64,000 nt of DNA from Ylistrum balloti (GCF_031769215.1 NW_026782173.1:2666001-2730000), one strand, 5' to 3'. Positions 51,201 through 64,000 are shown, counted from the stretch's first letter. The notes: a model not told the origin generated them from the sequence alone. A program made the numbers and translations.

Positions 51201-54200
51201 TAGGACACATGGTTATATACACTCGTAATTTAAAGGGTGTTGTTTATAACGTGTCCACGTGACTAGCCTTAGTATACAGTGTACAGACACTCATTATCTT
51301 TACTGTCTATATCTATACTATATCTAAACTTTAAATGACATCGTCTTTGGTTTTTTAATTCTTTTTTCAATTTTCATCAGTTAACCGGTACGAATCCGAA
51401 CCTGTCACATAGATAACAGTTATTTTCTGTTGTCCAAGGTACACCACTCGACACTCTCTGAGGTGTTAAACTATACGACAGAAATACTAATTTATGCAGG
51501 GTCTATGGTTATTTCGAAAGCAAATTGTAACACGCCTGTGACATGACTGCACGACTTTTCGGTTTAATTCTCAATCTGTAATTAGCCAACCATTTTCAAC
51601 AAATCGCACAAAATGCGCTATCCCCTATTGCACAGTTGTGCGTTAGATACTGTGTAGTGCGTTAGTGCGGAAGAAGATTTTTGTGTGTTGTGCGTTACCA
51701 CATCCGTATTTGGATATACTGTACATAATCTAAATCTTAATAGATATTGAAAGGTGCTATTCACTTGTATTTCTGGTACCATCACTGAACTTACATTTCA
51801 GTGCGATGTAAAAATTGACGTATACATTGCATTCTTAACCACCAAATATTTCTCATCATGTTTTAGCAACAGAAAAAGATTGATTGTAGACTAGCAACTC
51901 CATTAAAACAAGTATTGGTCAACTTCTTTATTTCCTTTTCTACTTAAACGATGATTTAATGATGCATCTGAAAGAGAAATAGTGCTCGTCAATTAAACTC
52001 ATTGGTCAGCATTACTAATCGGCACATTTTGGTTTCGGGTCTTGGAGAATGCAATTTAAATAATAGAACGCATCAAAATTCCGTATTTCATGTCTGTCTG
52101 TTTCCCAGTCGGAAGCAGTTATATTCAACCGGTAGAGAATTCTGCCGTGTGATGCAATCCTTGAAATGATTTGTGTTTCTTAGGATGCCAGGAAAAAGAG
52201 TCGCCCTGTTGTGTCGTGGTGTGAAGGGCCTCCTGCATACTGTTCAGTCACCACTTACTACAAGAAGACTTCGCCCTTAATGACCCTAACTATCAACGCT
52301 TGATAAACCAAGCAAACAAAGAACAATCAGTGCAGTGTCGTCAAATTATAAACTTGACAAAAAATTAATCAAAAGTCGATTGAGTTCCGATTAATACCTG
52401 CAGAACAGCGTTATTTTTCTATGAAAAACAGAAACCGATACATTCATACAAACGATAAGTTTTGTCTTTTATCAGGGAGCGCGCTATCTACGACACCATT
52501 GCTTTATCACATACAAACAAGAGTTCTAGAACAGGACGGGTGGATTGGTTGAATAGTGCGGCATGATACTGTTTCCCTCAGAGTGAACGACTTATCGGTT
52601 AATTATGTATACGTGTATCGTTTATCATTCTTAAACATAGCTTGTTCATTTGCTTGCATATTTAACCTACAGCCGAAGTACAATCTTGATAAAGAGCTTT
52701 CTGTGTAAAGTGTACATATTTTATGTCTTGTTAAATTTTCATGCAAGACAGTATTGTGATCCCTCGAGAGGAAGTCGTGTTTATTCAAACATAAAAGTAT
52801 GTAGAATAAAACCGTTTAGTTATAGTATGTGTTTTAGTTATAAGGTTACCAATTTGATAGACAGTGCGAAAAAAACGCAGATAGTAAATGCGTTCTATAT
52901 TAATTTGAAATTTACACAAGGAAACAAACCATACGGACTCTTTGACGTAATATCACCGTTTTAGGCCGACATCTGGAAAGGTTTGATTGAAACAGAATCA
53001 TGCGCAGGCAATGACAAATATTCGTCTTACTAGCTAGAACTATGGTAAACAAATTGTCTGTCTAGACCAAAATGTGGTTACATTTATCTGTATGAGGAAT
53101 TGTATTATTATTGTAATTTTACATTTTGTACACAGATTTTGACCCGATCTGAGAAAGACTGGTCCTGGTGCCAACCAGCGATGGAACACTCTTTTATAAT
53201 TGCTTCAGGTTAGTTTTTGGGTAAAATTCCCCATTTAGATTCTTGTCACGATCCCCTAAACAAGAATTATGACATGTTAAACATTTGCTGACAAACGCTG
53301 AGCAAACAATAACTTGGTAAGATGTTTACTAAAGACGATATAAAATGGAAATCAAAGTTCACAAATAATTAATGTTCCTATAGGTATTATGTGAAGTTGG
53401 TGCGGTTATACCCATTTTTTTCTTCATCATGGTGTATCACATGTGCTAGCATATCCGTATTTTCTGATTCTGTTAATTTCATTCCATTTAACTGTACGTT
53501 ACTCTATATATATATACATTGTACATACTACCTTTACATATACTAACAATGTCACCAATTGTTTAAATTTCACGATAATAAGAAAAAAATAAGTGGTTAT
53601 GATAGCTATTTGACATACTGTTATGGTAACGCACAACACACCAAAAACTTTGTAGGCACGTTGTACATACATCGTGTGCATATCATGCGTGTCCTGTATA
53701 TGGGTATACACGTGACAGGTTCGGATATGTACGGCTGGGTCGCCCGTGTAATAAACACAACACTTACGGTTTACCGGAGTATATATCTTTTGTTTACAAA
53801 CTGATAGAAAAATTAGAGTATTACAGAAGTAATGGGAATAAAATTTCCGTTCTGATGGAACTAGATATACACACACATATATATATCGCGTAAACTTGAC
53901 GAAAATATACGTACACTATATTTTCCTGATAAATATTGATATAAAAGACTTTAATATCTATATTCATAGTATTGTGTGACGGATAATATATTGATATTTG
54001 TTATAATAAATTTTTATTTCTCATTTTGACAGTGTCGAATTTAAGATTATAGACCGCTTTAGATTTGCTTAGCATTAGCACGCGGCTATATATTTAACAG
54101 ACTTTTAAAATTTGATCTTCAAGTTCAGAGTCATTTCGCATTACGTTCAGTAACTGTAACAAGGCCAATAGCATTTAGGTAGAAGCGATTTTTTTCTTTG

Positions 54201-54249
54201 TGGTTTGAAAAAAAAAAAAAAATACTGTTCATAAAAGCAGTTCATGTGG

Positions 54250-54480
54250 GTCTGATTCGACACGCACAGGTGCAGTCACTACTAGATCCGGTTTGTCCTG
54301 TCCGTCTCCGTCTCTTACGTTAGGTAGAAAAAGGAAATCCGTTCCGTCTTGGCGTTGGTTTTATCAACGATATCCATTATGATTGATTGGTAAGCTGGGC
54401 AACGAGGTTAGAAATTGCAACACACGAAGAAATAACCACACCGAGTAGTCACATATCGATACAGTTTCTACTGGAAACCG
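54250..54480 (+). promoter_or_regulatory. Candidate promoter and non-coding first exon of the zinc-finger gene
   Basis: CpG-enriched stretch ending in a strong donor CCG|GTAAGT at 54480/54481. The next evident + strand acceptor before a coding region is at 58214. Confidence 0.45.
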
Positions 54481-56779
54481 GTAAGTTAGTACTGAGATAG
54501 AGGTTCATAATCCGTACTGTGTTTGGCAATGAAAGTAGGTCATATCATTGAATCCGCTTTCTTGTTTCTGTTTGAAGCCACATTATGTAGCGAAAATCAG
54601 ACAAACACATACAACATTCGCTAATGGTTTTATTTATTTACATAGCATGTACAAGATTCAATTTTAGGTCGTATCCCTCACAAACGTGGGCAATATTGTA
54701 GAAATTTAAATGCGTAGAAATAGTAGCGTATCGAGCGAAGAGAGAGTACTCCATGTTTATAAACTAACAGAAAATTTAGGTAGCACACCACCATTGCAAT
54801 GTTTGATACGATGTGTAGTGACGAACAATACGTCCCTGTTTGTAGTAACAGAAAATGTGGTGAGGTAGATAAAATAACAGTAGGCACAGACAGTGCTGAT
54901 AGAGGAATTTGTAGTGATTGAGACTGTAGTGATAGAGACAATCGATAGAGACTATGTGTAGTGATAAAGACGGTGTGTAGTGAGTCGACGTGTCATTGTA
55001 AAATTAGTTTTCAGAGTTTCAGACATTGAAACAGACAGTGTTTAATCATTACGATTGATATGCAGTATGAAATAAGGATGACACAGACTAGGTATAGTTA
55101 TACAGCATTTAAATGTACATGTAGATACAACGACAGTATATAGCGACACAAATAGTGTGTGTGTGATCATGTAAATAAACCACCAAGTTGTTGTTTTAAA
55201 TTCACCGATTTTTTTATTTCGTGTGGTTAAAACCTACCTGTATGAACAGGTATTACAGTATATTACTGTATGGACACCCTGAAGCAAACATCGCACAATA
55301 CAGTTACACAAAACATATTCACATATACACAGGTTGAAAGAAACAGAAATAAATCATATAACTAGTTTCACGGAAATATATATGTTAACTTCGTAATGAT
55401 TACTATTGCACATGTGCAATTATCCGAAACAATACATTTAATGAATTATAACATAATAAAGTTATATGTGAAGCGAAAAATCCCACCGCTGCATCTAATT
55501 GTAACGCGGAACGATCTCAAAATGTACTGCCCGTGAATCCCTCGGTAACGGTTCTACAAGGTAGCGTCAGGCACCTGCCTCAATGCACAAATTTAGATCA
55601 AGTTAGCGTGGATCGTCGAGCAAATACAATTCAACACCAGTCCTTAGTTTATGTAGGGTAATCGTAACAGTAAATATGACCAGTAGTCACCGCCACTCTC
55701 GCCGAGATAGGGTAAAACCCCTCTCTTATAACCATGTACAATCCTACAGGCGTAATCACAGTGGAAGTGAGTGAAGTAAGAGGCACTTTAATACCTCTTG
55801 AACTATGGGGTATTAAACACAAACAGTGTCACACGGACAGACAGTGGCCATGGATCAAGGTGATTAGTATATAAGATAACAGGACAAACCGGCACCCTAT
55901 CTAAGTCAACACGGTCAACATGTACATCAGTCAAACATATAAAAAAAATACTGTAAAAAAATAGTCCATAGAGAAAAATACATGTACTACATATAGAACT
56001 GATTTACAAAAGATCTTCTTTTCTCCAAATCATCTACAAAGACCTACATTATTACAAGTATAAATACTCTGGTTTCTTCCATGTATTGAAAAAAAAACAA
56101 CAACCCCCTCCCCCCGAAAAACTCTAATAGATATACATGTTTAAGGTATTCACATGTGTATGACAGAGAGCTGTAACAATGGTCCCATACATCGGTACTC
56201 CATTTAACAGATATAGACTGCTCGAAAGTAAAAACACTTTCTCTCACTTTTCTGATCAAGATAATCGAACCATTATACATTTGTATTAAAATTGAAACAA
56301 ATACAAAAAATACTACTACTTATACAATCCAAGTTACAACTTAAAATGGAGGTTTGTATAAAGAAGAATTATATACTACATAGTTAGATAAATGAACAAA
56401 TAATAATTACAAAAAGAGAACTTACGTGAACTTGGTCAGCATGGGATCGGGATCTTTAAAAAATTACTTAGACTTTAAAAAACTGTCATACTTAAAAGTA
56501 ATATTCCTGGAAACTAACCAAAAGCTTTTATTTAATCTTAACCATTAGAACTTATAAATATCACGTGTAAGTCATGTGACGTCAAAATAGATCTTCAGGA
56601 AAAAGTAATCATACATGTAGGTAACCCAATTATCACCCACTGTAAATTATAATACTATAATACACGCTTATCTTTTTTATGCACAATCTGGGCACAAACA
56701 AATTGACAACTGTATATTCAAATTAAATGACCCAATTACATGTAGTGATGCAGACAGTGTAGAGAATTTAATGATACTG

Positions 56780-57760
56780 ACTTTATAGTGCTAGACAGTG
56801 TGTGGTGGTACGTACATTGTGTAATGGAACAGACAGTCTGTGGTGGTACGTACATTGTGTAATGGAACAGACAGTCTGTGGTGGTACATACAGTGTGTAG
56901 TGGTACAGACAGTGTGTAGTGGTACAGGCGGTGTGTAGTGGAAAAGAGAGATAATGACCCAGACTCTAGTAGTACAGACAGTGTGTAGTGATAAAGAGAG
57001 ATGGCGATACAGACTTTAGTAGTCCAGACAGTGTGTAGTGATAAAGAGAGATAGTGACCCAGACTTCAGTGGTAAAGACGGTGTGTAGTGAAAAAGAGAG
57101 ATAGCGAGCCAGACTCTAGTAGTACAGACAGTGTGTAGTGATAAAGAGAGATGGTGATACAGACTGTGTAGTTGCACAGACAGTGATAAAGAGAGATAGT
57201 GACCCAGACTTCAGTGGTAAAGACAGTGTGTAGTGATAAAGAGATATAATGATAAAGACTGTGTAGTGGTACAGACAGTGTGTAGTGATAAAGAGAGATA
57301 GTGACCCAGACTTTAGAAGTACAGACAGTGTGTAGTGGTACAGACAGTGTGTAATTATAGAGATAATGACCCAGACTTTAGTGGTACAGACAGTGTGTAG
57401 TGATAAAGAGAGATAGTGATACAGACTGTGTAGTGGTACAGACAGTGTGTAGTGATAAAGAGAGATAGTGACCCAGACTTTAGAAGTACAGACAGTGTGT
57501 AGTGGTACAGACAGTGTGTAATTATAGAGATAATGACCCAGACTTCAGTGGTACAGACAATGTGTAGTGATAAAGTGAGATAGTGACCTAGACTTTAGTG
57601 GTACAGACAGTGTGTAGTGATAAAGAGAGATAATGGTACAGACAGTGTGTAGTGATAAAGGGAGATAGTGATCCAGACTTTAGTAGTACAGACAGTGTGT
57701 AGTGGTACAGACGGTGTGTAGTGGTACAGACGGTGTGTAGTGGTACAGACGGTGTGTAAC
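56780..57760. repeat. Compound tandem array of about 1 kb (19-bp and about 50-bp units)
   Basis: cagacagtgtgtagtggta alternates with cagacagtgtgtagtgataaagagagatagtgacccagactt. Confidence 0.92.
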
Positions 57761-58255
57761 GACAGTAGAGTATATGTAGTGACACTTAGACTTAGCAATT
57801 GAGCAAATTTGGATAAGCCTAATCAGAGGTGCATGAAACAACCGGAACTGCTTGGGTAGTACATGCTGAGGGTAAATGGATATTTATGTCCAGAAATAGA
57901 AACAAAATGGTGCATTACAGGCAGGACCATTTGGTGGTATTTTTTTTTATCACAAAATGAGCATGAAAGCAATTGAGTTTATTAGAATAAGAACAAAATT
58001 TTCATAGGTAATGTTTTTGTAAATTGACCAGTTGAGAAGAAAGGTGAATTTTATGTAGAAAATGCGGAAATGGACAGCTACCCATAAACAGCAGCAAAAG
58101 GAACCTAGATTGTAAAATAGGTGCATGTTCACTCAAATTTCTTGGATTTTCCTATTTAGAACGTTATAATGGCGTAGAAAATTTAAAAACAAAATCTGTA
58201 ATATATACTTCCAGATCTGAAATTCAGCGGGAACACTGCGCGGTATAAGCTGTAA

Positions 58256-61237
58256 ATGATACAACAATACAGTATAGTATATGATCGATTTACAGATGAT
58301 ACATCACATGTGCTTGTTTGTTTAAAGGGACATCGCATTAAGATGGGAGCCAAGAGAAAAAGAAAGTTCCAATGCAATATATGTGCCAAGGTCTTCTTAA
58401 GTATGCAAAGCTTGAAAAGACACAAAGATTTTCATGTGAATCATCGACGAGGATTTAAGTGTGGAAAATGTGCCAACTTCTTCATGTCTAGCACGTTTTT
58501 AAAGAAACATCACTGTAAAAGCCTTTCCTGCTCACGTGATCAGTCAGAAAAAGGTAACGAGGAGAACCTCACACCAGAGAAAGTCAGTCCACCAGTTACC
58601 CAGACACATGACCATCCGCAAATTTTCAAATGTGGATTCTGCCAAAGTTGCTTCGTTTCACAGAAAGTTTTGAACCAGCATATGGCAATAACTTCTGCTG
58701 AACAACATCATAGATGTACAGAATGTACGAAAAGATTCTACTGTGCGCAGCAGTTTCACGAACATTTTCAGATTCATAATACTGTGCACAAGGTGTGTTA
58801 CGTGTGTGGAGAAGTTCTAAGGGAAGACGAGGAAGTCTTTAAACGTCACGTGTTATCCCATGCCGAAGTTGAAGAACAGAACTGCAATCAGTGTGTGAAG
58901 AAGTTTTCAACTGAAAGTGATTTAGAGAAGCACGAAAAAGAACGCATTCCTAGCAGCAAGTCGAATGTACCTCATCAAAATGAGATGGACATAGACTGCG
59001 AGGAAACGGATGTTACCGAAAGTGCAACAAAGAATGATAAAGGAATATTTACAGATCAAGACGTACTGCGACACGTACACCTCGACTTCAGCACATCCCC
59101 CACTTCCAAGTCCGGGAGGATCTTGGAGTTAGAAAAGGAAGTGACAGATATGGGTGACTCGCCAACGCCTACCAGACGAAGCGCTCGCACACCTCGACCA
59201 TCTGCTAAAAAGCTTACACATGACAAAATGGAAGAAAATGAATTATTATGTAAAATTTGCTTGAATGTATTTTCAAACAAAAGTTCTTTCAAAAAGCACA
59301 TGTTGGATCATGTAAGTGAAAAAAACACGCAGTGCAAAATCTGCAGTAAGACATTTAAGCGTAGCCGATACCTGAATGACCATATGAAATTACACCTCGG
59401 ACAGGAACCCCATAAATGCCATATCTGTGGTCTAAACATCAAATACAACCCATCAAATTTTCGTCGACATATGAGAAAACATTCAGGGAACCGAGAATTT
59501 GGTTGCAATATTTGTGCTATGTCTTTCTATAGAGCAGACGACCTCCAAAGTCACATAAAAACACACTATAAACAGTGCAAGCATGTTTGTACAACATGTG
59601 GCATTGGGTTTTCTACACCATATAAACTTACCGAGCACACGCAGAGTCACGACCTAAACACTGATACTCCTTGCGACATGTGTGACAAATCCTTCGTCAG
59701 CAAAACACAGTACCATGACCACTGCAGTCGTGTACACAGGGGGCAGTTCATGTGCAAATTATGTGGCATAACAATGAAGTCCAAATACTGGTTTGAGAAA
59801 CACAAGTTAGAGTATCACTTATCAGAGGTAGCAGAATGCAGTTTAACGGATAACAGAGAAGAAGAGAAGAGCGGTCATTTGAGTGATATTAAACGGGATA
59901 ACGACAACGACCAGGCATTAATAACGCAACTGGAAGATACAGAGGAAAAAAGTTTAGAGAAATCATTCCAGGATGCATTGCAATCTAAAGATAGTACATA
60001 TGAGGAAACGAGTGACGGGCAAGGAGAATCAATTACGTCAGTACCTGAACTAGGCACTGATATACTACCTGTACTACCTAAATTAGAACCTGAAGAGTAT
60101 GCTGAAGATTTGAATGTTCGTTTTCAATGTAGATTCTGCTACAAGGTATTCGCCAGCAGTGGTAATCTCAAGCGCCACGAGAATGACATTTGCGAGGAAA
60201 CTTTGTCAAGTAAGGTGACTCTCGACAAAAGAAAGACTACATATCAGAAGAAAATCAAACAGCAGAAGAAAACACCGACGAAGCTCCTTGGGAAAAACCT
60301 GCAATGTCCAGAATGCTCGAAAAAATTCAGCCGCCGTTGTGACTTAAAACTTCACGCACGTGTTCACGCCGGAATTAAAAATTACGTTTGCGAAATATGT
60401 AGCGCCTCCTACTTCTCGGTAAGCAATTTGAATAGACATAGAGAAGTCCACAACAGTCAGTCCAACAATGTTTGTCACGTGTGTGGGAAATCTTTCGCTT
60501 GTAGAAACTACCTTTTCACGCATATCAGACGCATACACGAGACCGACAGTAGCACTCTTGAGAAGTTTAAATGTGATTCATGCTCCAAGTATTTCACTTC
60601 CTACTCCAACTATAAGCGCCACCAGAGAATCCACACCGGAGAGCGACCCCACAAATGTAATGTTTGTAATAAGGCATTTCGTCGCACAGACGACCTTGCT
60701 GTACACGCAAAAATACACTCTTCAGTTAAACCGTTCCAATGCGAAATATGCAACAAAAGTTTCAATCAGCGTCATAACTTGAAGAAACATTTGAAAAGAC
60801 ACGATCAAGGTTTGAGACGGATCTATCGATGTCCGAAGTGTACTAGGACCTTTCGTCAACAGAAGGCCTTTGAAAGGCATTTATTAAGTCATGAAAGTAT
60901 CGAGGAAGAACATGAAGGAGAAACACAAAGGTATGTTAATGGTGAAACTGCGGTAACCGGCAAGACTACACCTGCCCAATCAGCCACCACCGACGACACA
61001 GAGTACTCGCGAACAGCTCATGCCATAGCAACAGCCATTTCGTCAATTCAGTATCAAGAGGCTGGCAAACAGATGTCTGCAGAACCGAATCAATCCACTG
61101 TTTCACAAGGACCGGACGGCAGACAGGTAATAATCGTCCTGCCAAGTGGCACGGTAGCGCCATTTCAGTGTAGCCTCTGTAAACAAGAGTTCCCAGAAAT
61201 CGTTCAGCTTGTGAATCACATGGTGGAACATGATTAG
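58256..61237 (+). CDS. Multi-C2H2 zinc-finger protein, 993 aa, single coding exon, about 22 fingers in separate clusters
   Basis: Uninterrupted 2982-nt ORF with repeated C-x2-C-x12-H-x3/4-H units, TGERP and SSVKP linkers, two C2HC variants and acidic spacers. Acceptor ttccag at 58214 precedes the ATG. No KRAB, BTB, SCAN or ZAD domain recognised. Confidence 0.95.
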   Translation: MIQQYSIVYDRFTDDTSHVLVCLKGHRIKMGAKRKRKFQCNICAKVFLSMQSLKRHKDFHVNHRRGFKCGKCANFFMSSTFLKKHHCKSLSCSRDQSEKGNEENLTPEKVSPPVTQTHDHPQIFKCGFCQSCFVSQKVLNQHMAITSAEQHHRCTECTKRFYCAQQFHEHFQIHNTVHKVCYVCGEVLREDEEVFKRHVLSHAEVEEQNCNQCVKKFSTESDLEKHEKERIPSSKSNVPHQNEMDIDCEETDVTESATKNDKGIFTDQDVLRHVHLDFSTSPTSKSGRILELEKEVTDMGDSPTPTRRSARTPRPSAKKLTHDKMEENELLCKICLNVFSNKSSFKKHMLDHVSEKNTQCKICSKTFKRSRYLNDHMKLHLGQEPHKCHICGLNIKYNPSNFRRHMRKHSGNREFGCNICAMSFYRADDLQSHIKTHYKQCKHVCTTCGIGFSTPYKLTEHTQSHDLNTDTPCDMCDKSFVSKTQYHDHCSRVHRGQFMCKLCGITMKSKYWFEKHKLEYHLSEVAECSLTDNREEEKSGHLSDIKRDNDNDQALITQLEDTEEKSLEKSFQDALQSKDSTYEETSDGQGESITSVPELGTDILPVLPKLEPEEYAEDLNVRFQCRFCYKVFASSGNLKRHENDICEETLSSKVTLDKRKTTYQKKIKQQKKTPTKLLGKNLQCPECSKKFSRRCDLKLHARVHAGIKNYVCEICSASYFSVSNLNRHREVHNSQSNNVCHVCGKSFACRNYLFTHIRRIHETDSSTLEKFKCDSCSKYFTSYSNYKRHQRIHTGERPHKCNVCNKAFRRTDDLAVHAKIHSSVKPFQCEICNKSFNQRHNLKKHLKRHDQGLRRIYRCPKCTRTFRQQKAFERHLLSHESIEEEHEGETQRYVNGETAVTGKTTPAQSATTDDTEYSRTAHAIATAISSIQYQEAGKQMSAEPNQSTVSQGPDGRQVIIVLPSGTVAPFQCSLCKQEFPEIVQLVNHMVEHD

Positions 61238-63275
61238 AGGATAAAGAAGACATTGTTATCATAGATCGGAGATGTAACACATGCAATAGAACTTGTTTGC
61301 CTTGTATTTCGTTCGATGTACCGAACAGATGTTTCGTTAAACATCCTTAATGTACTATTTTGCTATAAACATATATTTTGAAGCATAGCGTAGGTGAAAT
61401 TTGGCTATATTGCTATAAACGATTATATCTTTGCAACTATGCATTGGATATTACTGATATTTGATTGGAAGCTTCAGGGGAAGTGAACAATCCCGTAGGG
61501 TGCTTAGTGGCGGGGCCCAACAGATAATACTAACCAAATTCAAATCCTTCTTCTTCTGTAGGAAAACAAAATATTATACATATACATATATATGGGTTAG
61601 AAGCATGCTTGGGGTAAGGGGCCTTTTTAGTATAAATAGAGGATGTGATCCCTATGGGACTGAGAAGAGGGACCCAGTGCGTGATAATAGCAAATTATTT
61701 TAATTTCCGATCAACTTGTCTACACTGATAAATACTTATATATACACTTGTATAATGCGGGTATTTTATTGTTCTTTCATCGTTGACTAATAAAAATGTC
61801 AATTAGAAGTAGTAAACACAATGTAAGACAGATATCAGAGGCGGAGAAAAGTCAGGACCGCGGGGAATTAACTTCAAACCAGTAAAGCTAGAAGTTAATA
61901 AACGGAATCGTCAAATTAATGTTTTACATTGTAGTTACATCATGCTCATTTGTGATTTTAACTTTAGCTCTCTGTGTAAGGAAACACGAGCGCTTGGTTG
62001 TGAAGCAACCATTCAAGATATAACCAACTTTAAGTTTAAGAATCGGTCACATGATTGATTTCAAATAAATCGACATATAATTTTATTTACTGACATACAC
62101 TAATACACATTTAAACATCTGCATAATACCATGTATATCATATAAACACCCTGTTTTACTTATGTAATGAGAATTATGGAATTCCATTGCATGCCTGTGT
62201 TTTTATATATTCTCACCTTCTAAATCAGTGTTCCTGGTTGATATGACAATCAAACATGACCAGGTGGAACACGGACAGTGACAGGTATTCCCTATATTTG
62301 TTGTTAAATGATCAGACTATAATCTTAACCAGATGGAATGATGTTGTACAACGTCCTGCCTTGATATAATTTGCATATTAATATTCTGAGTTTTAAACAA
62401 TATTAAACCATCCACTATGTTTGCAGTTTTATCTTATTTTTTTGTGTATTCCGACCTCTTTTCCTGTTGGTCACTAAACTGTCTTTCTATCCACTGATCA
62501 CTTTGTAATATAAAAATGTTTAGGAAGTGTCACTATAATGAAACAGTTATCAACCATTTTTGGGTGAATACGATGATATATGAATCCAAAAAGTGGTAGT
62601 TTCTTCAGCCTCGAAACATATCACTTTCTCGGGTCGATAAATCATCATATTGCCATAATAAACAGTCTGATTATAGTATAATAACAAAGTCTCCGAACTG
62701 ATAACGACAGTGTAAGTGGTATACCAACACTAGATTAGATTTACATATATTATATAACACAGAGACGTGGCCAATGCAGAAATTGTTCAATATCTTGTAT
62801 ATTTAAGCGAAAAGTGGAAAGGTTTTTGATTGAAGAAGGACTGAATTTTGTCGCTTCAATGATGACACACTTTAAAATCACTAAAATTTCCCTCTTATCA
62901 TTTATTCATAAAAAATATGATTTTTTCTATATCTATCATTTGTATTAATACAAAATAAAACATTGATACATATGCATGAAACACTTGTCCAATGGGAGGT
63001 TACGGACTTCTGATAAGCTTGTAATTTGATATACCAACGCATTGCTAGATGCCATCCAAGTTTTGTAGTGCGCGTTCCTTAAAGCTTATATACTGTAGTA
63101 CAATTTACATGATATATTACGTGTGATGTAAGAAATAACAAGGGCGACTTCGTATATCTAATTAAGTAGTGTTGTACAATATGTATTTGGACAAGATGAC
63201 GTCGTGCTTTAATGGCTTACGGCAGAGTTGTTCAAAACAATTTAGAACTAAACACAATAAATAACAACCTAGTGA

Positions 63276-64000
63276 ATAATTCGTGAGATGTCCTTTCAGT
63301 CGGATAACACTTAATATCTCTTGTGAATTGATCAATAAAAGAATTTTCCACGGGATTAATCTCCGTCCAAATGCTCGGGAAAAGGTCGTCCTTACTCCCG
63401 ATCCTCCTAACACGTGCCTGAAGTTTTCTTTTCACCAATAATCATATTTCGATTATGTTAATGTTTAATATGGGTAGAATGTGCACGGGGAACAGAGACA
63501 TTGTCGTCCAGAAATATACATTTTGATATACGAAAATGGCGGCTAACACTGGCTACAAATTTACTTTAAAGAAATTCTTGTTTCTTTACAGTATCTATGT
63601 TATCATTAACTGCCATGAAAATACCGACACCATGCACCCCTATTGTACGACGCCGACACACAAGTTTGATCTCCATCGTTCGACCCTTTTCCTCCGAACA
63701 TATGTACGAGAATCATGCCTTATCATTTTCCATTCGTCTTTTTTCCCCAAAAGTGAGTCTCCTCATTTCACCACATCTAGCCAAGCGGTTTTTCCTACCT
63801 TACTACTTGTAGCTATGTTTGTCAATATGAGAGTACAAGGTACGTGTAATGAAATCGTTCTCTATTATCACTAAATTTGTTAGTAAAACTGCTCACACAT
63901 TTCTATTCATTTTAACCAAATGTTCCAACTTTCTATAATCCCGATTTGTCACTGTGGGTTTCCTAGACCGAAAATTTCTGGCACTAAAATTATAATTTGA
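63276..64000 (-). mobile_element. Decayed Tc1/mariner DDE transposase relic running off the window end
   Basis: Frameshifted minus-strand translation in Tc1 order: RSRKPTVTNRDYRKLEHLVKMNR, RKNRLARCGEMRR, DEWKMI..HDSRTYVRRK, GVGIFMAVNDNID, L*PVLAAIF, IFLDDNVSVPRA (about 63520-63482; cf. IFQDDNAPVHRA), NIIEI*LLVKRKLQ, SKDDLF, VIRLKGHLTNY (cf. VI..KGHLTKY). No TIR was identified. Confidence 0.8.

Noticed and set aside
52180-52370. THAP-domain or P-element relic (MPGKR, CCVV, SHHLLQEDF)
   Set aside because: The motifs fall in different frames with wrong spacing and the THAP P/W/F signature is missing. Too weak without a profile search.
56780-57760. CRISPR-like repeat-spacer array
   Set aside because: The context is a eukaryotic intron, the inter-repeat segments are themselves repeats rather than unique spacers, and there are no cas genes.
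63533-63874. 112-aa + strand ORF starting in a YY1-like AAAATGGCGG motif with a donor at 63840, read as the first exon of a new gene
   Set aside because: The same bases translate on the minus strand into collinear Tc1 transposase motifs, so the ORF is most simply an antisense shadow.

Overview
AT-rich, intron-dense animal genomic DNA. A lophotrochozoan, probably a bivalve mollusc, is inferred from gene style and repeat types and is not proven. Six protein-coding genes were rebuilt exon by exon from GT-AG sites and frame continuity. They are the 3' 26 exons of a VWA3A-like gene (+, 255-13966), DNAAF5/HEATR2 (-, 18552-26136), an SDR9C-type short-chain dehydrogenase (+, 26541-30626), a CSKMT/METTL12-like methyltransferase (-, 32814-34470), a 15-exon SLC5A8/SLC5A6-like sodium-solute symporter (-, 37248-48981) and a single-exon C2H2 zinc-finger gene with about 22 fingers (+, 58256-61237). 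Two decayed transposon relics are not recognisable from the ORF track: a Penelope-like RT element (-, about 16250-17610) and a Tc1/mariner transposase (-, 63276 to the window end). The most notable signal lies between the convergent VWA3A and DNAAF5 genes. It is an apparently intact 45-nt minimal type I hammerhead ribozyme (-, 18104-18148) about 440 nt downstream of the DNAAF5 stop, in sense orientation. Two further degenerate, co-oriented hammerhead motifs flank the Penelope relic. Many minisatellites are present. Two of them multiply a splice donor and one appears to have been born inside a dispersed repeat. All alignments and family assignments were made by eye; no searches were run.
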